Assembly (NCBI GenBank): GCA_030167865.1 | Contig: JALAGF010005726.1 | Location: forward strand, 1-60,457 | DNA: 60,457 nt | From: Craspedostauros australis | Taxonomy: Eukaryota | Direction of reading: 5' to 3' | Shown here: one piece after another, positions 55,652 to 60,457 of the stretch | Layout: each line of letters starts with the position of its first letter | Numbering within the stretch: the first letter of the stretch is position 1 | Position numbers and translations under genes: made by a program | Notes under the pieces: model-generated | Seen by the model: the letters and a program-made list of their open reading frames with translations, nothing else | What the model was told of the DNA's origin: nothing | The model's database searches: none

Positions 55652-58600
55652 CCTGGATGTTGTTGTTGTCTGTTGTTGTTGTTTGTTGTCTGTTGTTGTC
55701 TGTGGTCTGTTGGTTGCACTCTTCGAAGTATTATGATCTCCAAGCTCGGCTCAGCTCAGCTCGACTCAACTCAGATAAGCTTTTGTGTTCGGACGTCGCT
55801 TTTGCGCCAACCACGAAAACACGAGAAACAACGCACAGCGGCCAAATGCACGTGACGAACTGTCCTTCTCTTCTTGGTCTCCCCTCACACGGAAACAACG
55901 TGTGCTTCAATCCCTCGTTGAATCCTTCGTGGACCAAATTTATCGCTCACTGCTTTTCTTTCTTTCTCGGCTCAGCTCTTTTTTTCGTGAGAACAGAAAT
56001 GGAGTATCACTGGAGTGCTCTCTGAATGCAGTATGAATGCGGCATGAATGCAGGATGAATGTATGCTATCGCGATGGTGCAATCGACGTTGTTGCAAGTA
56101 TGATGGTATGGTATGATGTTGGTCCTCGTATGATGTTGGTAATCGTATGATTGCGTCTGGACTCTCTCCCTTCCATCGGCCCTTCTCTTGCCTTGCCTCG
56201 TGTTGTCGTGTCTTGTCACACGTCCTTCTTGGCGCTCATGTACGTGTGGTGTTCTCTCTCTGCGGAGTTTTGCGCATCGGTTCTGTTTTCAAAGGGCGAG
56301 GACGAGATTTGTGTGAGCGGTGTCTGGGCCCTTGCGCGAGCCAGGTGTTCCTCTATTCCTAGCCTCAACTGGAGCGGCCACGCAAACACAAAATATAGCT
56401 ATCTCCCACGCGAACAGATGGGGATAAAAACAAAAACAGCCAATCAAAACGCATTGAGACAAACTCCCTTCGTGGCAAACATCAAAAACCTGTCATCCAA
56501 ACAAACGCAGAAGCAACATCCGGCAACATCGAGCAGCGCGACAACACGCCACAACAACACAGCACGACACGACACAACACTGAGCAAGACATTGCGCAGC
56601 GTCACACAAAGGCAACACCGACCATGAACCAACCAAGAAGCAGACAAGACACCATGCACTCGAACTCAACCAGGGGTGTTTGGCACATGGAAACACAGGA
56701 TGGGTCAAGGCCTTCCATACACCGTACGATACCTACGAGTGCGCAGAGCAGCGCGCTTGGGAGGAACACCATTCTCTTCTCTTCGCACGACTTGCTCTTG
56801 GACGCAGTTGCACTTCAAACGTGCCAGGTATCGCCGACCATTCATGAATCCACTCCGACATCATCACAAGGATTTCATGCTTCAGGCAAGGATGCAGATG
56901 GAAAGGCACGATCAAACAGGCGCATGGTCGTGTTGGAAAGCGACGTCAACACTACCCTGCCTCTCTGTCTCTTTGGACAAGCACTTCATACTCACGGACG
57001 GTAACACCATGGATCTCATCATGTGGAGTTTTTGGCGAACAAATGCCTCTCGCGACATTCGCGATTGCAATGGCCTGCATCGTTTCAGCGGAGGGGCATC
57101 GCGAGTCCCCATTTCACCGATAGAGGCAAGCGCGTCAATCCATTGCAACACATGCATGTCGGTCAACAGACAGTGGGCGCACGCACAGGCATAGACATCG
57201 TATCGTATCGTGTTGCACTTCCATCATTCCCAACGCTGCTTTCTGCTAGTGGACTGGTCATGTAGTGTCATTCTCCGCAGCAACAACAGCACGGCGATGT
57301 CAGCCACATCATCGTCATCGTCGTTGTCATCATCGCTCTCATTCGCAATCGTGCCATCGAAGCAATCGGCCTGTTGGTTTGCTCTTCTGCTTTCTGCCTC
57401 TGTGATGCTTGCGTTCGGCCGTGTTCTTGTTCTCATCGTTGTTCTTGTTGTCATGTCAACGAGCACCAAAGTTCGTGTGCACGAACAGCCATACCCCTCC
57501 CTTTCGCACATGACCTCACTTTGACCTGTGTCTGGTCATCGCGATGTGTGCGCGGACGTGTCCATTGACACGCGGTTCTGCAACATCCGGTTGGGAGAAG
57601 CGTCTGTGACACAATTCGTAGTTAACGGAACATCGTGACAGCGGTGTCATCACCATAAATACGACTTGACGATCCATTGGTCCTCACAAAATTCAAATTT
57701 TCCGCAACAACTGTCGGCGGTTGATTGCGTGCCAACCATTCCAATGAACCAGCGTGTACGCGTACAGAACACCTTCTTTGTATCGCACACACGTGCGAGT
57801 ACGATCATGGCCATCGCTTCTGACTCTACAACATTGATAGCCACCTCATTTACCGCCTGCTCGACTCTGCTCTTGGAATGCAACAGTTACGTTCATTGCT
57901 TCGTTTTGTTGTGTTGTGCTGTGTTGTGTTGTGTTCCTTGTCAATGGCTGCGTTGCTCGTTGTCGCGCCACTTTTTGTTCGTGAAACTCATGTGTGGCAC
58001 GTCTGGTGTGAGTCGTGCCAATCGAATCACAACAACAAAATCAGGCTGTTCACAAAGCCAGAGCGATGTCAGAGTTTGCTGATGATGCCCGCTCGAATGG
58101 TCGATGGTATTGCATGTTGCAGAGCATTGGCGTACCATTCTCGACTTGTAGCTCACAGCTCGTAGCTCGTACATGGCGTACCTACAGTTCTTGTTGTTCG
58201 TAGCTATTCGTACCCAACTGGTCTAGTTTGCAGCGTGTCTCCTTCATTACGCAGCTCCTGTGTTGTCCAAACGTGACTATCAACACGAAAGCGAACAATG
58301 AGGAGTCTGCGACAGCGGAGTGGGAATTATTGGCGCCGGGCATTGGCGGCGAAGGATGGCATTTGGGTGGCTGTGGGGTTGATTTCGCGTACGACCCCGT
58401 GCAACAAAGCAGAGTACCAAGAGAGCACGACCTCTGGAGTAGCCGAAAAGCCCCCGCAGTGCTTATCTGCGCTTGTGTGCTGCGAACTTGCGTGTGGCTG
58501 CAATAACTGCTGGAGTCAAGAGTAGAGTGGAGTACAGAAGCTTTCATGATAGTGTTGCGAGACTGTTGATGTAAGTGCGCAGTTTTGTCAGAACCCACTA

Positions 58601-59362
58601 CTATGCTCTCTTTCCGCTGCTGCCGATGGTATTGGCAAAACCGACGACAGCAAAGATAGTGCCTTGACACGCAACCCATCAGGCCGGAGATGCGCGGTTG
58701 GATGAAGTTGCTGTTCACATGTGCTTCTCATCCCCGCATGTGTCCCACTGAACGCAAACATCGCAGAACAGCCATCATCAGCCATCAGCGAACACGGTTT
58801 TGGCTGATGTCCACCATGTGCGCGCAAAAGCACGCAAAAAGTGAGGCGGACACAACAACACAAAAAGCCAAAATTCGTTTGTGCATTTGTCGGCATAGTT
58901 GTAGAGCTCGAAACGGGAGACAGAGACCTCGCGATGGATGGATCGAGACGATGCCAAGTTCGGATATTCGCAACGCCGTATTACTCCGTTAAAATCGGAA
59001 CAATTAGTACTTCGGAGAAACTGGAATGTCATCACTTCGCCAACCAGGATCGAGTTCTCCTCCGCCATGCGACAAGGCACAACCAACGAGCGGAGCAGAT
59101 CTCAACATGTCGGCATCTTGGCGTACCTCTGCAATGGAATGCCTGCCTGCGAGCTAACATCAATCACCCGTACCAGGGATACCATGGCAAAGGTCGTACT
59201 GTTCGATCCTTGCTGATCGTCTCATGACATGAAAATACACTCTAACTGTTCAATTTGTGCATAGTTCTCCCTTCCATCATGTTTCTGCTGATGCGTACCC
59301 CACACGCCGATGCTCTGTACAATCTCTGGTTCTGTCGATGCACTCAGTCCGTCGATTGCAGC

Positions 59363-60457
59363 TTATCCATACTTGTACTGCTGCGTCTGATACTTCGACA
59401 TGTACATCTGCACCACGTCCTTCCCCTTGCGCTCCCATTCCTGACGATTGGCCGTGGCGTAGTTCAGGTACTCGTCCGAAGCAACTCCGAAGACTCCACA
59501 GGTGGACAGCTTCTTGGCCAGTGGGATGAGGTAGAAGTCGAAGAATGACAGCTCGCCGGCNTACCACCCCTCTGCCGGATTGGCACCATCTTCTCCAAAT
59601 CTGCCTGCCAGGTAGGCTGCGTACATCTCATGGAACAGTCGTTCGTTCCACTTCAGGTACACGTGCCAGTGCTGCATCGTGTGCGACACATCCGACGCCT
59701 GGATGAGATGCTCGATGACGATGNNNNNNNNNNNNNNNNNNNNNNNNNNNNNNNNNNNNNNNNNNNNNNNNNNTGCGTCTGATACTTCGACATGTACATC
59801 TGCACCACGTCCTTCCCCTTGCGCTCCCATTCCTGACGATTGGCCGTGGCGTAGTTCAGGTACTCGTCCGAAGCAACTCCGAAGACTCCACAGGTGGACA
59901 GCTTCTTGGCCAGTGGGATGAGGTAGAAGTCGAAGAATGACAGCTCGCCGGCNNNNNNNNNNNNNNNNNNNNNNNNNNNNNNNNNNNNNNNNNNNNNNNN
60001 NNNNNNNNNNNNNNNNNNNNNNNNNNNNNNNNNNNNNNNNNNNNNNNNNNNNNNNNNNNNNNNNNNNNNNNNNNNNNNNNNNNNNNNNNNNNNNNNNNNN
60101 NNNNNNNNNNNNNNNNNNNNNNNNNNNNNNNNNNNNNNNNNNCGATTCAGTCGGCGCTGCTTGGCGCTCGTGCGGCCTTGTTGCTGATCGCCTTGCGAGG
60201 TCTTGTCCTGTCCCCCGTCGCTGGTTCTACCAGTGTCAGAATGGTCAGTTGTGCTGCATGTGCGGTTGTAGTCGCTCTCCCCGTCGTCCTGTTCTGCGAA
60301 GGCCTGATCCCATCGTGCCTTGCGCAAGGCTCCGAGATCCTTGTCAGCGATATCAGTAGCCATGACGGAGTTCACGACGAGCTGTCGGAACCGTTCGAGG
60401 TCGGACTGCGTCGCACAGATGCATCGTCGGAGATTCGCAAAGTTGTCATGACTTAGG
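59363..60457 (-). CDS. 3' end of a cyclic-nucleotide phosphodiesterase-domain gene (in diatoms often fused to a guanylate/adenylate cyclase); interrupted by N gaps, 5' part outside window
   Basis: ERFRQLVVNSVMATDIADKDLGALRKARW (about 60310-60396) and IVIEHLIQASDVSHTMQHWHVYLKWNERLFHEMY..GELSFFDFYLIPLAKKLSTCGVFGVASDEYLNYATANRQEWERKG; stop at 59363-59365. Confidence 0.88.
59724..60142. other. Assembly gaps (59724-59773, 59953-60142; single N at 59561) enclosing a 179-bp exact duplicate
   Basis: 59774-59952 is identical to 59382-59560. Confidence 0.95.

Noticed and set aside
59774..59952. Apparent tandem duplication of the PDE 3' coding region
   Set aside because: 179 bp identical to 59382-59560, bounded by N gaps, and the first copy ends exactly at a single N: most likely a scaffolding artefact.

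Overview
Eukaryotic nuclear DNA, most consistent with a diatom (inference: short GT-AG introns, a lycopene beta-cyclase with a signal peptide plus 'ANAF' plastid-targeting motif, a diatom-type cyclic-nucleotide phosphodiesterase C-terminus). About 21 protein-coding genes are supported. Recognisable genes: NOP4/RBM28, NIP7, RPT1/PSMC2, LCYB, a J-domain protein, three ankyrin proteins (one fused to BTB, one with a near-identical 210-bp repeat array), an LRR membrane protein, a FUT8/GT23-like glycosyltransferase, a BTB + HECTD1-like protein missing from the ORF track because it runs off the left edge, and a PDE gene truncated by gaps and the right edge. The standout is a family of four intronless paralogues (three in tandem at 14.3-24.3 kb, one inverted at 38.9-42.4 kb). 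They encode predicted type II membrane-anchored, Cys-rich flavoproteins with all three FAD fingerprints of the PHBH/group A monooxygenase fold. Each carries a different insert (about 25 to 350 aa, up to a Tyr/Asp/Glu-rich repeat) at the same point inside the enzyme domain. I cannot assign this family to a described enzyme, but I could not run a database search. No rRNA, tRNA, CRISPR array or recognisable transposon was seen. All alignments and counts were done by eye.
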